A stretch of DNA of 53,061 nt from positions 1 through 53,061 of the forward strand of contig JAGOVC010000002.1 in NCBI GenBank assembly GCA_018060955.1, in the 5' to 3' direction. The stretch is from Candidatus Woesebacteria bacterium (GTDB lineage Bacteria; Patescibacteriota; Microgenomatia; UBA1400; UBA12028). Both the position numbers and the translations under genes were made by a program. Below, in pieces: positions 1-9,709 of this stretch; position 1 is the first letter of the stretch; every line of letters starts with the position of its first letter. The notes under the pieces are model-generated. The model was not told where the DNA came from. It saw nothing but the letters and a program-made list of their open reading frames with translations, and did no database searches.

Positions 1-729
1 AACCGCTGCAAACACCACTACGATGATGACACGTAGTGAAGTGAAATCTTGCAGCATGACTGTATAGAGTAATGACATGGAGAACGATGACTCGACCAGG
101 CTTAAGATCAAAAATGTGACAAGGCCTACAATAAAGCTGATGCTACTCACGAATAATTTAGGGATGTGTTTAAAGGCTGACTTCGCTTTCAAGAAATAAA
201 TCACAGTAGCCAACGTGTGCACTAAAATCAGAACATTCCCGCGCAACAGTCCACCCATTGATGGGGAGAACATCGCCAGAAGTGGAGAGACAACTAAGAG
301 AAGTGTTCCAATGATTGCCAAAAAGAGTCCCCATAACTCCCGTTTTTCTTCCTTCTCTTTGAGGAAATAGACACCTCCAAGCGTCAGTAAAATTGGAGCA
401 GTAGTCCCAATCAAATTCGCTTCGATAGACGTTGTGTATTGCAAACCTACATATAGGACAGACAGAGCTAGTGAGGTTCCAATCAGCTCTAGCGCAACAA
501 TCGTTTTGATTGCCTGGAATGGTTGCTTTACTCGGGGGAAATAATGCCAGAGAATTGGTATTGAAAGTATGGAAGCGACAAAGAATCGATAGAGGAGGTA
601 GCGAAAGGGTGAGGTATCCTGCAGCCCCCACTTTGCGATGGGAAGGAGTGCTCCCCAACACACCGTGTTGATCAGTAGATAGAAGTAGGAGATCGCTCGT
701 AGCTTAGATTTTTTGGAGATCACTTTCAT
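1..729 (-). CDS. EamA/DMT-family membrane transporter (partial, 3' end outside window)
   Basis: Own translation of the minus strand from ATG 729-727: MKVISKKSKLRAISYFYLLINTVCWGALLPIAKWGLQDTSPFRYLLYRFF... It stays open for 243 codons to position 1 and contains several TM helices with EamA-like motifs. It is absent from the ORF track because no stop lies in the window. Confidence 0.6.
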   Translation of the reverse strand, partial: MKVISKKSKLRAISYFYLLINTVCWGALLPIAKWGLQDTSPFRYLLYRFFVASILSIPILWHYFPRVKQPFQAIKTIVALELIGTSLALSVLYVGLQYTTSIEANLIGTTAPILLTLGGVYFLKEKEEKRELWGLFLAIIGTLLLVVSPLLAMFSPSMGGLLRGNVLILVHTLATVIYFLKAKSAFKHIPKLFVSSISFIVGLVTFLILSLVESSFSMSLLYTVMLQDFTSLRVIIVVVFAAV

Positions 730-837
730 CTACTATACGGGATTGAATGACCACAGGGGAAGTCTGAGCTATTCTGGTCAGATAGAATCTCGAAAAGTTG
801 TTTCTATTTGATACAATGACACCCTGCAGTAATCTCT

Positions 838-922
838 GGAGGGGTCGCATAGTGGTTTAGTGCAGCGGTTTACTAAACCGCCGTAACGAAAGTTACCGAG
901 GGTTCGAATCCCTCCCCCTCCG
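838..922 (+). tRNA. class II (long variable arm) Ser-type tRNA with anticodon ACU
   Basis: Hand-folded cloverleaf: acceptor 838-844/915-921, D stem GCA/TGC, anticodon stem 865-869/877-881, loop TTACTAA (anticodon 872-874 = ACT). Variable arm GTAAC-GAAA-GTTAC, T arm GAGGG-TTCGAAT-CCCTC, discriminator G922, no encoded CCA. Confidence 0.8.
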
Positions 923-978
923 CCCATACATTGTAAGATGCCCTTGCTTTCACAATAAGTGAGTCATACCATCAAGGG

Positions 979-2130
979 ATGACTATTAAAAAACTCCTTA
1001 CAACAGCGGTTCTCTTCGTACTGTGCATCGTGTCCTTTTTATCACCGGCGCTTATTCAGGCACAGTCGGCAAAGCCAATCATTGTCTTGAGTCCCAGTAC
1101 AACAGTTGCAGTGGGTGTTACTAACCCCATTCAAGTTTTTCTCGTGAATATGGGGATTCCACTACGCCGATTGGAGATTACGGTTCGCCTTTCTGGAGAT
1201 TTTGACCAAAAGCAAGGTTTTTCGTTTAAAAAAATGGATACTATGCAATATGGACTGGCATATAAGAGTCACTATGCGAGCCCCTTTGCAGGTCGGAGCG
1301 ATACGCAGGATCTTACGATGGTATTTGAGGCAACTGAGCCACAAGGGTATAACCAAGGGTCGGCTCAAATTCCGTTAGTTGAAGTATCATACCTGCCGGT
1401 TCAAGGGAATTTTGCAGCCTTTATCGTTCCCGAAAAAACGAAAGTCACTGATGCTAATGGCAACTTACTTCCTAGCATTCAGACCTATGGCGCCTACAAC
1501 TACAAAGCTGAAACCGGTACGACTTCAGTAAACAATGGACTTGATGGCTATAGCTTATCGTTTGAATCCGATCCTGTGCGCAAATGGTGGCCGACTGCTC
1601 CCAATAGCGTGCAGCAAATTGATGCAGCCATTTGGAAAGATTCGGATGGTGATAACGTAAAAAAATTCACTGATGTATGGGCTGAGTGGCAAATTGATTC
1701 CAACTATTTGGAGATTACCAACACGTCCAGTTCCTACTTTGATAAATGTCCGGTGCCAACCGTCAGCGAGCGGCCATGTATCCGATTTGTTGCGCATGTC
1801 ATTACGAAAATGCCAGGTAAAACTGGTATTACTCTTCGCGTGAACGATCCGGTAACAAATACACAAACATGGAACCAGTACCCATTAGAAATCTATGCAT
1901 TGAATCAACCGTCATCGACTCCTGTCATGACAGCGACCAGCGTGCCAGTTGTTAAACCACAACCCACTTTCATCCCAAAGAAGCAGGTGACAGACAAGGA
2001 ATTCGAAGAAGTGCAGCAGAGAGTAACGTATTTACAAAGCCAGGTGGATCAACAGCAACGGGAACTAAAAGAAACACAAAGTGTCTTGAGCAGAGTGGTC
2101 AGATTCCTCAAGGGACTGTTTGGATTCTAA
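979..2130 (+). CDS. secreted protein of unknown function (signal peptide, C-terminal coiled coil)
   Basis: 383-aa ORF with N-terminal signal sequence MTIKKLLTTAVLFVLCIVSFLSPALIQAQS. The body looks beta-rich and the C-terminus is Q/E-rich and helical. No catalytic motif recognised. Confidence 0.6.
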   Translation: MTIKKLLTTAVLFVLCIVSFLSPALIQAQSAKPIIVLSPSTTVAVGVTNPIQVFLVNMGIPLRRLEITVRLSGDFDQKQGFSFKKMDTMQYGLAYKSHYASPFAGRSDTQDLTMVFEATEPQGYNQGSAQIPLVEVSYLPVQGNFAAFIVPEKTKVTDANGNLLPSIQTYGAYNYKAETGTTSVNNGLDGYSLSFESDPVRKWWPTAPNSVQQIDAAIWKDSDGDNVKKFTDVWAEWQIDSNYLEITNTSSSYFDKCPVPTVSERPCIRFVAHVITKMPGKTGITLRVNDPVTNTQTWNQYPLEIYALNQPSSTPVMTATSVPVVKPQPTFIPKKQVTDKEFEEVQQRVTYLQSQVDQQQRELKETQSVLSRVVRFLKGLFGF

Positions 2131-2251
2131 GGATTGGACTGGTGCGTCATTCTTCTTCTTGCAAGTGTCGATGCGCAACATCCAAGATCTGGGTATAGGT
2201 GAATTGAATCCTGTAACAAAAATGCGGTTCGTTTGATACACTTCACACACT

Positions 2252-2647
2252 ATGAAAACTATTTTAGTTGATGCAGTCTATGCATTTGTAGTCAAAACCG
2301 AGCAGGGCTTTTCAATTTACAAGCCAATGCACGAGATGCTGGATCAGTTTCCCAACCCCAAAATAGTACTAACTGGCGCTGATGACGAGCAGGTGAAGGA
2401 GTTTGGATTAACAGCCTTACCGTATGAACTTTTTTCTTTAAAACATAACCCTGAGAAATCCGATCCCAAATACTACACCTTGATGCTGGAACACTTTGGT
2501 CTTATGGCTGAGGATGTTGTCTATTTTGAGCATAACGCTGACGCTGTTAAGAGCGCTCAGTCCGTGGGGATTACTACCTACCACTATGATCCCGAGGCAC
2601 GCAATATCGATTTACTTCGAAGTTTCCTAGCCGCAAACCTTGATTAA
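2252..2647 (+). CDS. small HAD-like protein (degenerate motifs)
   Basis: 131-aa ORF. The N-terminal ILVDAVYAF resembles HAD motif I but lacks the second Asp. The C-terminal VVYFEHNADAVKSAQSVGI resembles HAD motif III/IV. Confidence 0.35.
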   Translation: MKTILVDAVYAFVVKTEQGFSIYKPMHEMLDQFPNPKIVLTGADDEQVKEFGLTALPYELFSLKHNPEKSDPKYYTLMLEHFGLMAEDVVYFEHNADAVKSAQSVGITTYHYDPEARNIDLLRSFLAANLD

Positions 2648-2662
2648 TGTAAAGACCACACT

Positions 2663-3109
2663 ATGCCATCCGTAATCTCGTCAGTTAAAGCGCTTTTGTT
2701 TCATAAAGGAAAGTTTCTAGTTCTCAAAGAAGAGCTGCATAAAAAAGACATTTGGGATCTTCCGGGAGGGAAAATCGAATACGGGGAAAATCCCAGTGAT
2801 GCCCTGCATCGTGAGATACAAGAAGAGCTTTGTTTGAGCATTGAGATCAAGTTCTCAGTTGGACTATGGTATTTCTTTTCAGCAACACATCAACATCAAG
2901 TGATCTGCCATACGTTTCTCTGCATTCCCATAGGTGAATTGCAGATTGATACCACAAAGAATCCAGCGAATGAGAATTTTACGGAGCTTCAATGGGTAAC
3001 GATAGATGAAGTGTTGGCTTCCAAGGAAATCATTTTAGAGGAAAGTTTGGTACAGTTACTCGAAGGGCTGCAAGTCGACCCCCGATTAACTCCAGAATTA
3101 GTAAAATAA
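2663..3109 (+). CDS. NUDIX hydrolase
   Basis: Nudix box GGKIEYGENPSDALHREIQEELCL (GX5EX7REUXEEXGU). Confidence 0.8.
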   Translation: MPSVISSVKALLFHKGKFLVLKEELHKKDIWDLPGGKIEYGENPSDALHREIQEELCLSIEIKFSVGLWYFFSATHQHQVICHTFLCIPIGELQIDTTKNPANENFTELQWVTIDEVLASKEIILEESLVQLLEGLQVDPRLTPELVK

Positions 3110-3206
3110 GTTCCCATGTATCTTCATAATGGGGGAGAGTTTACCAAAAAAACCTGCCATCCTCTTTTACGATCCAATTTGATATCATTGTGCCAGATTT
3201 CTCTGA

Positions 3207-3296
3207 GGAAGCGTCGCATAGTGGCCTAGTGCAGCGGTTTGCTAAACCGCGACCCTTAATCGGGTCTCGTGGGTTCGAATCCCACCGCTTCCGCCA
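3207..3296 (+). tRNA. tRNA-Ser (anticodon GCU)
   Basis: Acceptor GGAAGCG/CGCTTCC, anticodon loop TTGCTAA (GCT at 3241-3243), long variable arm, T arm GTGGG-TTCGAAT-CCCAC, discriminator G and encoded CCA 3294-3296. Confidence 0.9.
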
Positions 3297-3384
3297 TCCT
3301 TTCAAAGAAATCGTTTATCTTATTTTCCAACTTGTTAAATACATTGTACTTATATACGAGCTGAAAAAGTCTTACAATAAACCT

Positions 3385-4053
3385 ATGAAAAAATCTGCTC
3401 AACTTTCAAAAAGATCTCTCCTATTTTTCTTTACCCTAGTCATTGCCGCTTTGATAATCACTGTTTATACACAAATGGATAGTAGTAAAATATCTTCTCA
3501 GCGGATCCAAACTTCAGAGAGTTATGGCCCTCTTGGATATGGACGTGGTCAAGGTAGCGGTAAGGGAAAATTGAATACTCAGGCTGCAAAAGCAGTGAAC
3601 AAAGAAAACTGTTTGATGGATGGTTGTTTGTTGGCAGAAGATGCCGATTATCCCGTGGCAAATCTGGATGAGAAAACAACTGAATCACTCAATTTAGCAT
3701 TAGCCGATGAACGCAAGGCATTGGCAACATATCAAGCTACCATGGCAAAATTTGGTTCAGTTAAACCTTTTATTAATATTGCCAGGGCAGAAGAACAACA
3801 CATCTCTATGCTTTTAGCTCTTTTTGATAAGTACGGAGTCTCAATTCCGAAAGATACAACCAAAGTTGGTCCATTGCCAGCTACTCTTCAAGAGGTTTGC
3901 CAAGTGGGGGTTACAGCAGAAATTGATAATGATGCGTTATATCAGAAAATGCTTCCAGAGATTCAACATGAAGACATTAAGACAGTTTTCACATCTCTAG
4001 CTATAGCTTCAATAGAAATGCATTTGCCAGCTTTTAAACGTTGTGCAAACTAG
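3385..4053 (+). CDS. ferritin-like DUF2202-type protein, membrane anchored
   Basis: The track ORF 3190-4053 begins inside tRNA-Ser, so I start at the internal ATG 3385 (MKKSAQLSKRSLLFFFTLVIAALIITVY, a TM anchor). LADERKALATYQATMAKFGSVKPFINIARAEEQHISML matches my memory of DUF2202 ferritin-like proteins. Confidence 0.6.
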   Translation: MKKSAQLSKRSLLFFFTLVIAALIITVYTQMDSSKISSQRIQTSESYGPLGYGRGQGSGKGKLNTQAAKAVNKENCLMDGCLLAEDADYPVANLDEKTTESLNLALADERKALATYQATMAKFGSVKPFINIARAEEQHISMLLALFDKYGVSIPKDTTKVGPLPATLQEVCQVGVTAEIDNDALYQKMLPEIQHEDIKTVFTSLAIASIEMHLPAFKRCAN

Positions 4054-4132
4054 ATTATTTACTATTGAGAATTAATCTTTTCAAAACTACCGAAGATGCT
4101 TTTTTTAATACTACAATTGGCAGAAAACAACT

Positions 4133-5038
4133 ATGGCTGATTTCGATCCTAGTTTAGCTCCACATCCTCCTGAAAAACAGAAATCAGATCCATTAACAGC
4201 TGATCAACTGTATGATGATGTTAAGCGCGCATCAGAAGGAGACCAGGCTGCAGCAGATAGAGCAAATAAATTTGCTGAAGATTTCCCTGAACTAGCTGCA
4301 GAAATAGGAGTCGAAGTGAAAGCTCGGCTTGAAAAGGACAAAAGAGAAGCTGATGAAATACAAGCAGAGGCAGAACGGAAAAATGCAACGCCAGAAGATA
4401 TTGCAGAAACGCACAAGCTAATTGACGGTGCATTTACCATGATGAGAGAAGCCTTAAAAGCAGGAAATTCAGAAGTAGCACTACGATATACTACCCCCGG
4501 CCAGGATGATATTGAGTACTGGAGCGTCATAACAACCTCAGATCCAAAGGAGGAACCAACAAAGAATAATCGGAAGCTGATCGTGATCGCAGTGGATACT
4601 AAAGCTCAAACTGCTGTTGCAATGGGGCAAAATACTGTCGCAAAAGTAACTATTAAAGCTGATCAAGCCCCACGCCACACTTCAGCCTCTTTTGTGTATG
4701 TTGATGTCCCGTACCGAGGTAAAGGACTGAGTAGTGGAATGGAATCACTGATTCGAAATTTCATCCAAGAATCAGCAGACAAATTAAATGTGGAGATCAG
4801 TCGTTCGGAAACAAATAACAACTATGGGCAAAACAAACCCGTTGAATTACAACGGTGGAATTCTTCGTTTTCCGAGCAGAGAAATAGAAGATATCAACCC
4901 AATGAGGAATCAGGAGCGAAGCGGGAGATGCGCAAAATGGATGACAAAACCTTAACGCTAGATGATGTGACTGCAGTCGAGGACACCACTCACCGCTCTT
5001 GGGAACAGCCGAGCACAGAACCCTCACAAGCCGGTTAG
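4133..5038 (+). CDS. hypothetical protein (acidic helical N-terminus, possible GNAT-like RGKG motif)
   Basis: 301-aa ORF. VYVDVPYRGKGLSSGM resembles acetyl-CoA motif A (R-x-x-G-x-G). Nothing else recognised. Confidence 0.45.
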   Translation: MADFDPSLAPHPPEKQKSDPLTADQLYDDVKRASEGDQAAADRANKFAEDFPELAAEIGVEVKARLEKDKREADEIQAEAERKNATPEDIAETHKLIDGAFTMMREALKAGNSEVALRYTTPGQDDIEYWSVITTSDPKEEPTKNNRKLIVIAVDTKAQTAVAMGQNTVAKVTIKADQAPRHTSASFVYVDVPYRGKGLSSGMESLIRNFIQESADKLNVEISRSETNNNYGQNKPVELQRWNSSFSEQRNRRYQPNEESGAKREMRKMDDKTLTLDDVTAVEDTTHRSWEQPSTEPSQAG

Positions 5039-5150
5039 GTGATGAATTGCATGTAAATCTCTCTCAACATTGATTTCTTACATCGATCTAGCGTTTTCTT
5101 AATCGCATTTTCAATCGGGTAGTGTTTACTTTCTGTAAAGGATTTTCACT

Positions 5151-5381
5151 ATGCCATTTCAAACTGCTAAGGACCTACCAGATACTGTGAAAGAACATCT
5201 TCCGGAGCATGCGCAGGACATCTATCTAGAAGCGTTTAATTCTGCATGGGATCAATACGATCAGCCAGAAGAGCGACGCGGAGACGATTCGCGAGAAGAA
5301 ACTGCGCATAAAGTGGCTTGGTCTGCAGTGAAGAAGAAATATGAAAAAAATGACCAAGGTCGATGGGTGGAATCAACATAG
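5151..5381 (+). CDS. ChaB-family protein
   Basis: MPFQTAKDLPDTVKEHLPEHAQDIYLEAFNSAW...AHKVAWSAVKKKYEK is the typical ChaB pattern. AAGGA lies 9 nt upstream of the ATG. Confidence 0.75.
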   Translation: MPFQTAKDLPDTVKEHLPEHAQDIYLEAFNSAWDQYDQPEERRGDDSREETAHKVAWSAVKKKYEKNDQGRWVEST

Positions 5382-5461
5382 TATCGGTGGTTACGCACTT
5401 TTGAATGTTTCGTTTTTTACATTTTCTCTGTAGGATGTGACTAGTAGATCTACACACAGAT

Positions 5462-5974
5462 ATGTCATATCCCGCGTATTCGATTTGGCTGATGCCAGAT
5501 CAAGAGTCTTCCGCAAGTATCAAGCAACTCATCGACCCCTTGAGCGTAAAGTATCACTCCCATTCGTTTGAACCACATATTACGTTGTTATCGCGAATTG
5601 GAAAAAGCGAAGGATACGTCCGGGATCGTGTGAAAGACCTATCTAAGGTGATTCATCCCTTTGAAATAGAACTAAAAGAAATTGAATACAATACGACCTA
5701 TTTTCAGTGTGTTCTTGCTCAGGTCAAGCCTACTCTAGAATTAATGGAAGCTAGAGTTCTTGCACAAGATCTCTTAGAAGCAGATAAAACGATTTTTTAT
5801 AATCCACATCTAAGTCTCTTGTATGGGGATTTTGTCTTGGAAGAACGAGAAAAAATCAGTCGACAAATCACTCTTCCCATCCACACACTTCGCATCGATA
5901 AAATTTGGATGACCCCATCTGGAGTTCGACCGGAGCAATGGGTGACCTTAGAAGAATTTGTGTTAACCCCATAA
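5462..5974 (+). CDS. 2H phosphoesterase superfamily protein (cyclic phosphodiesterase / RNA ligase-like)
   Basis: Two H-x-T/S-x motifs: PHITLL and PHLSLLYG. Confidence 0.65.
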   Translation: MSYPAYSIWLMPDQESSASIKQLIDPLSVKYHSHSFEPHITLLSRIGKSEGYVRDRVKDLSKVIHPFEIELKEIEYNTTYFQCVLAQVKPTLELMEARVLAQDLLEADKTIFYNPHLSLLYGDFVLEEREKISRQITLPIHTLRIDKIWMTPSGVRPEQWVTLEEFVLTP

Positions 5975-5985
5975 GTTTTAATCCT

Positions 5986-6465
5986 ATGAACTGGAAACTT
6001 CCTCCCCGCATTAAAATCTATGAAGCCCTTGGGTGTGTAGCCGATGAACGATTGTCGTTAACTGAGAAGGGTGCAGATGTAACATCATCGGATGGGTCAA
6101 AAACCTACACTGTTATTTTTGATGCGGAACAGAAAATGATCTGTGCAAATGATAATGGGTCATTTTGGCAAGGATATCTAGGCTATCCTGCAATCGCGTA
6201 CTTACTAAAAACGGAACTACTTTCCCTCGAGCCGGAGATCGCAGAACTGCTTTCGGGGATTGCTTGGAAGAGAATCAATCAACTCCATAAAAACGACTGG
6301 GAGAAAACAGAGGCATGGATTTATTCACAACAGCTTAGTAATGACAAAACCAAGATTCAATCGTTGGAACGTTATGCTAATAAGATTGCCCGGGCTATCG
6401 ATGCACTGTCATTGCAGCAACCCTCAAAGCGTCTTCGTCCTCCTAGCGTTAAAAAAGCTGATTAA
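5986..6465 (+). CDS. hypothetical protein
   Basis: Track ORF 5905-6465 overlaps the preceding gene. The internal ATG at 5986 (MNWKLPPRIKIYEALGC...) removes the overlap. No motif recognised. Confidence 0.4.
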   Translation: MNWKLPPRIKIYEALGCVADERLSLTEKGADVTSSDGSKTYTVIFDAEQKMICANDNGSFWQGYLGYPAIAYLLKTELLSLEPEIAELLSGIAWKRINQLHKNDWEKTEAWIYSQQLSNDKTKIQSLERYANKIARAIDALSLQQPSKRLRPPSVKKAD

Positions 6466-9400
6466 TCAGCGATTCCTTCGGGCCAGCAGTGCGAAAAGAA
6501 TTCACAATCAGAGCAGACTGCAGCGTTGGAAGTACGATTAAACTTTAAGTCTCTAATCTCTTGCATCACGGTCCTAATTGTCGTTTTAAGTTCTTCAACG
6601 TCTTCTCTACTAATGCTAAACGACTCTTGTTTATGTTTTCCACTCGTTTTATCGGGTTCAATAAAATCAAGCACGAAATTCTCTGCGGTTGGAGTAAAGG
6701 TTTTGTCTAGCTCTGTGAGCAATTTGTAAAAAACTAATTGTCGTTTGTAGGCAGGATCTTTTTTCCCAGTTTTACCTTCAATTTCATTGCGGGTGCGCGG
6801 TCGCCCTGTTTTGTAGTCTGTGATGCGCACAGTTTTATCGGATTCACTCAACCAATCAATTCGATCAACTTTTCCTGTTAACGGTATATCGTCCAAATAG
6901 GTTTTGGACCACCCAGATCCAAACTGTCGTTCACAGAAAAGCGGAACGGTAAATTGATCTTGATTGGCCAAATAATACGACTGCAAGATGAGTTCTCCAT
7001 GGCGACGTCGTTTTTTTTCTGCGTCGGGAGTTAAGAGTTCTTTTTGTAACGCGTTTTTAAATGATTCCAGGAGAAAATCGATCGATGGAGTCTGTTTCTC
7101 GGTTTGAAGTTTCAAGAAGAAGAGTTCCAGAGCTTTATGGATTGCTGTACCTAAGGCTTGGTGTTCTGATTTTGCGCGTGGAACTTTAAGCAGGTGATTA
7201 AGCTTAAATTTATACGGACACTTTAGGTAGGTATCCAGCGCAGTAGGGGACAGCTTAAATGTAGAAACAAGCTGTGACAAAAAATCTTCCTCTTGATTGG
7301 TTATTACAACAGGCGGTCTTGGAGATACCAATTTTTCCAGGAGTGCAGCGGGATTGGATTCAAATTGTTCCAAGCTGACCTCTTGGAGGTATGTCGGAGT
7401 GATTTCCGTGGTAAAGATGCTGGGAACGGTTTCTTTACTAGAATCACCGGAGATTAAAGTCGAAGGGATACTTAGCGTAATCGATGACTTCGCACGAGTA
7501 AGGGCAACATAAAATAATCGACGTTCATCTTCGTTAGGATCTTTGGAGGAGATGTCCATGGATGTAATGATCGACTCCGGAAGAGGAAGTAAGTTGCGAG
7601 TGGAATTGTTCCCCCACTTTTTATCGATTGCCGTCAAGATAAACACGTGTTCCCATTCCTGACCTTTAGATTTATGCGCAGTAGTGAGATGAACTGCATG
7701 ATGTTGTATATTTTGATCTTCTTCCGTAATCGATAGATCATGCGCATTCAAGGTCTCAATAACCTGTAAGAATCTGTCTAAATTCAGCGTATGGTCAAGG
7801 TTTGCAAGCCGTTTAATCTCATTAAACAGAGTATTAACGCGGTTAAGATCCTCCACTACACTTTGACGCTGTAACACAAAAGGGAGGAATCCAGAGTTTT
7901 GCAGAACCGATTCAAACCAAGTAACAAAAGTATGGTTTGTTTCTGCGTTCAACAGTGCAACGAGCTTTAAAACAAAGCGTTGGATCGATGCAATGGCAGG
8001 ATCAGCATTAAAGACAAATGACGCTGGAAGATACTCATCAAGTGGAATGCCTACGAAAGGTGTCTCGCTGGATGAATGTTTCTCATCCTTTGCTGGTGGG
8101 TTTAACACTAGGGTGACTTCTTGGACATTGTCAGTAGATTCAGCTGCACTGGAATCTACAGGAACAACTGCGGGTACGTTTTCTAGAATTACATCTAAGA
8201 TCTGGGTATGTTGCGTTGCGGCTTTTCTTGTCAATTTAAGAATTGCTAAAGGATCTAAGCCAGTCCATTCAAAATTGAGTAGAGTGAAAAGATCCATGTC
8301 TTCTATTCCAGTTTTGAGGCCGGAAATGACGCGTAATAACAATAATAATTGTCCAATGATTGGGGTAGTCAGAATGTTGACCCCTCCATCAATTTCATAC
8401 AGAATGCCCCATTTGGCTAAGGCACTAGAAATGGCAATAGAGTCGTTGTTGTGACGATATATCACCGCAATTGACGAGGCATCGACCTTTGCATTAAGCA
8501 GCTCTTTGATTTTTTCTGCAACGTACACAACTTCAAGTTGACCTGATGAGGGACGAATGAATGATAGTGGAATGCCAACACCTGTTTGACTTAAAAGAGT
8601 ATGTGCATGTCCCGTTAAGGTGTCTAAGCGAATATTGTTATGAAGGATTAGTGAATGGGCGGCGTCCAAGATCGTCTGGCTGCTACGATAATTTTGTTCT
8701 AAATGCACAACGGTGGCAGCAGGATATTGTTTGATAAAATTGAGCACATTTTCTGCGGAGGCACCTTGGAAACGATAGATACTTTGATTGATGTCTCCAA
8801 CCACAAACAAATTTGCTGACTCTCCCCAGAAAGAACTTAATAAATTAATCACATGGAATTGGGCACCGTTCGTGTCCTGATATTCATCGATTAATATGAA
8901 GTGGAATTTTTCTTGATAGGTTGCTAGTAATAACTCCTCTGTTTCAAACGCATGCGAAACCAGCATGATCATATCGTCGAAATCAAATCTTCCGACTTTT
9001 GAAAGCGTATCCTGATATTGGCAATAAATAATGAGGAGATCACGGTGTTTTGAAATGTTTTTTTCTTTCAGTAATCGGGCAGTCTTTTTGAGTTCGACAG
9101 TATTAAGTTCCGTTATTTCCTGGTCAATAATTTCTTGCAATTGATCCGGTGTAATTCCTTCACGTTTCAAATCGGAAATTGATTTAATAATGGCTTTCAC
9201 ATAGTAATCTGGAGCATTTAATGGTTTAAGAATTCCGAGGTCGTTATTGGCGATGATCGTGGAAAAGATTTCATACCGTTCAAGTTCTGATAACGCCTGA
9301 GCATTTGGGGGCAGCGGGAAGTATTCTGGATGATTCGAAATGACATCGGCGCAGAATGCATGGAATGTGGAGATGTAGACATAGTACCCAGTCTGACCAA

Positions 9401-9644
9401 TGAGGCTAATCAGCCGCTTTCGCATCGCTGCAGCTCCACTTTCTGTAAAGGTGAGAGCCAAGATTGAACTTGGGTTTGTGTCTGTTTTGCTTAAGATATT
9501 GGCAATGCGCGTGGCAAGAATCTGTGTTTTACCAGTTCCTGGACCAGCAACAACCATCACCGGTCCTTCTAACGTATCTACCGCTGTTTTTTGCTCTGTA
9601 TTAAGCTGTGCGTAGGCTTTAAGGAAGGACGAGGACACTGGCAT
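6462..9644 (-). CDS. UvrD/PcrA-like superfamily 1 helicase fused to a C-terminal PD-(D/E)XK (Cas4/AddB-like, Cys-cluster) nuclease
   Basis: Walker A VVAGPGTGKTQ, motif II ILIDEYQDTN, VGDINQSIYRFQGA, TAHKSKGQEWEHVF, YVALTRAK. The C-terminus has YLKCPYKFKL, DRIDW...ITDYKTG and CSDCEFFSHCW. Confidence 0.85.
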   Translation of the reverse strand: MPVSSSFLKAYAQLNTEQKTAVDTLEGPVMVVAGPGTGKTQILATRIANILSKTDTNPSSILALTFTESGAAAMRKRLISLIGQTGYYVYISTFHAFCADVISNHPEYFPLPPNAQALSELERYEIFSTIIANNDLGILKPLNAPDYYVKAIIKSISDLKREGITPDQLQEIIDQEITELNTVELKKTARLLKEKNISKHRDLLIIYCQYQDTLSKVGRFDFDDMIMLVSHAFETEELLLATYQEKFHFILIDEYQDTNGAQFHVINLLSSFWGESANLFVVGDINQSIYRFQGASAENVLNFIKQYPAATVVHLEQNYRSSQTILDAAHSLILHNNIRLDTLTGHAHTLLSQTGVGIPLSFIRPSSGQLEVVYVAEKIKELLNAKVDASSIAVIYRHNNDSIAISSALAKWGILYEIDGGVNILTTPIIGQLLLLLRVISGLKTGIEDMDLFTLLNFEWTGLDPLAILKLTRKAATQHTQILDVILENVPAVVPVDSSAAESTDNVQEVTLVLNPPAKDEKHSSSETPFVGIPLDEYLPASFVFNADPAIASIQRFVLKLVALLNAETNHTFVTWFESVLQNSGFLPFVLQRQSVVEDLNRVNTLFNEIKRLANLDHTLNLDRFLQVIETLNAHDLSITEEDQNIQHHAVHLTTAHKSKGQEWEHVFILTAIDKKWGNNSTRNLLPLPESIITSMDISSKDPNEDERRLFYVALTRAKSSITLSIPSTLISGDSSKETVPSIFTTEITPTYLQEVSLEQFESNPAALLEKLVSPRPPVVITNQEEDFLSQLVSTFKLSPTALDTYLKCPYKFKLNHLLKVPRAKSEHQALGTAIHKALELFFLKLQTEKQTPSIDFLLESFKNALQKELLTPDAEKKRRRHGELILQSYYLANQDQFTVPLFCERQFGSGWSKTYLDDIPLTGKVDRIDWLSESDKTVRITDYKTGRPRTRNEIEGKTGKKDPAYKRQLVFYKLLTELDKTFTPTAENFVLDFIEPDKTSGKHKQESFSISREDVEELKTTIRTVMQEIRDLKFNRTSNAAVCSDCEFFSHCWPEGIAD

Positions 9645-9709
9645 GGCATCAAGCGTACCATGGTCTCTAACCGATGAAAAGACGAAAAGGGGCCAACTCA
9701 GCTAACGGT

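Noticed and set aside
170-661. 163-aa minus-strand ORF from the track
   Set aside because: It lies in a different frame inside the much better EamA-type transporter reading frame (729 down to 1) and has a non-protein-like composition.
979-2130. Possible cohesin-like partner for the dockerin-like end of the glycoside hydrolase
   Set aside because: The idea rests only on a beta-rich secreted protein 30 kb away. I cannot see diagnostic cohesin motifs by eye, so this stays speculative.
3190-3384. N-terminal 65 residues of track ORF 3190-4053
   Set aside because: This stretch is a read-through of tRNA-Ser(GCU) at 3207-3296. The real CDS most likely starts at ATG 3385.
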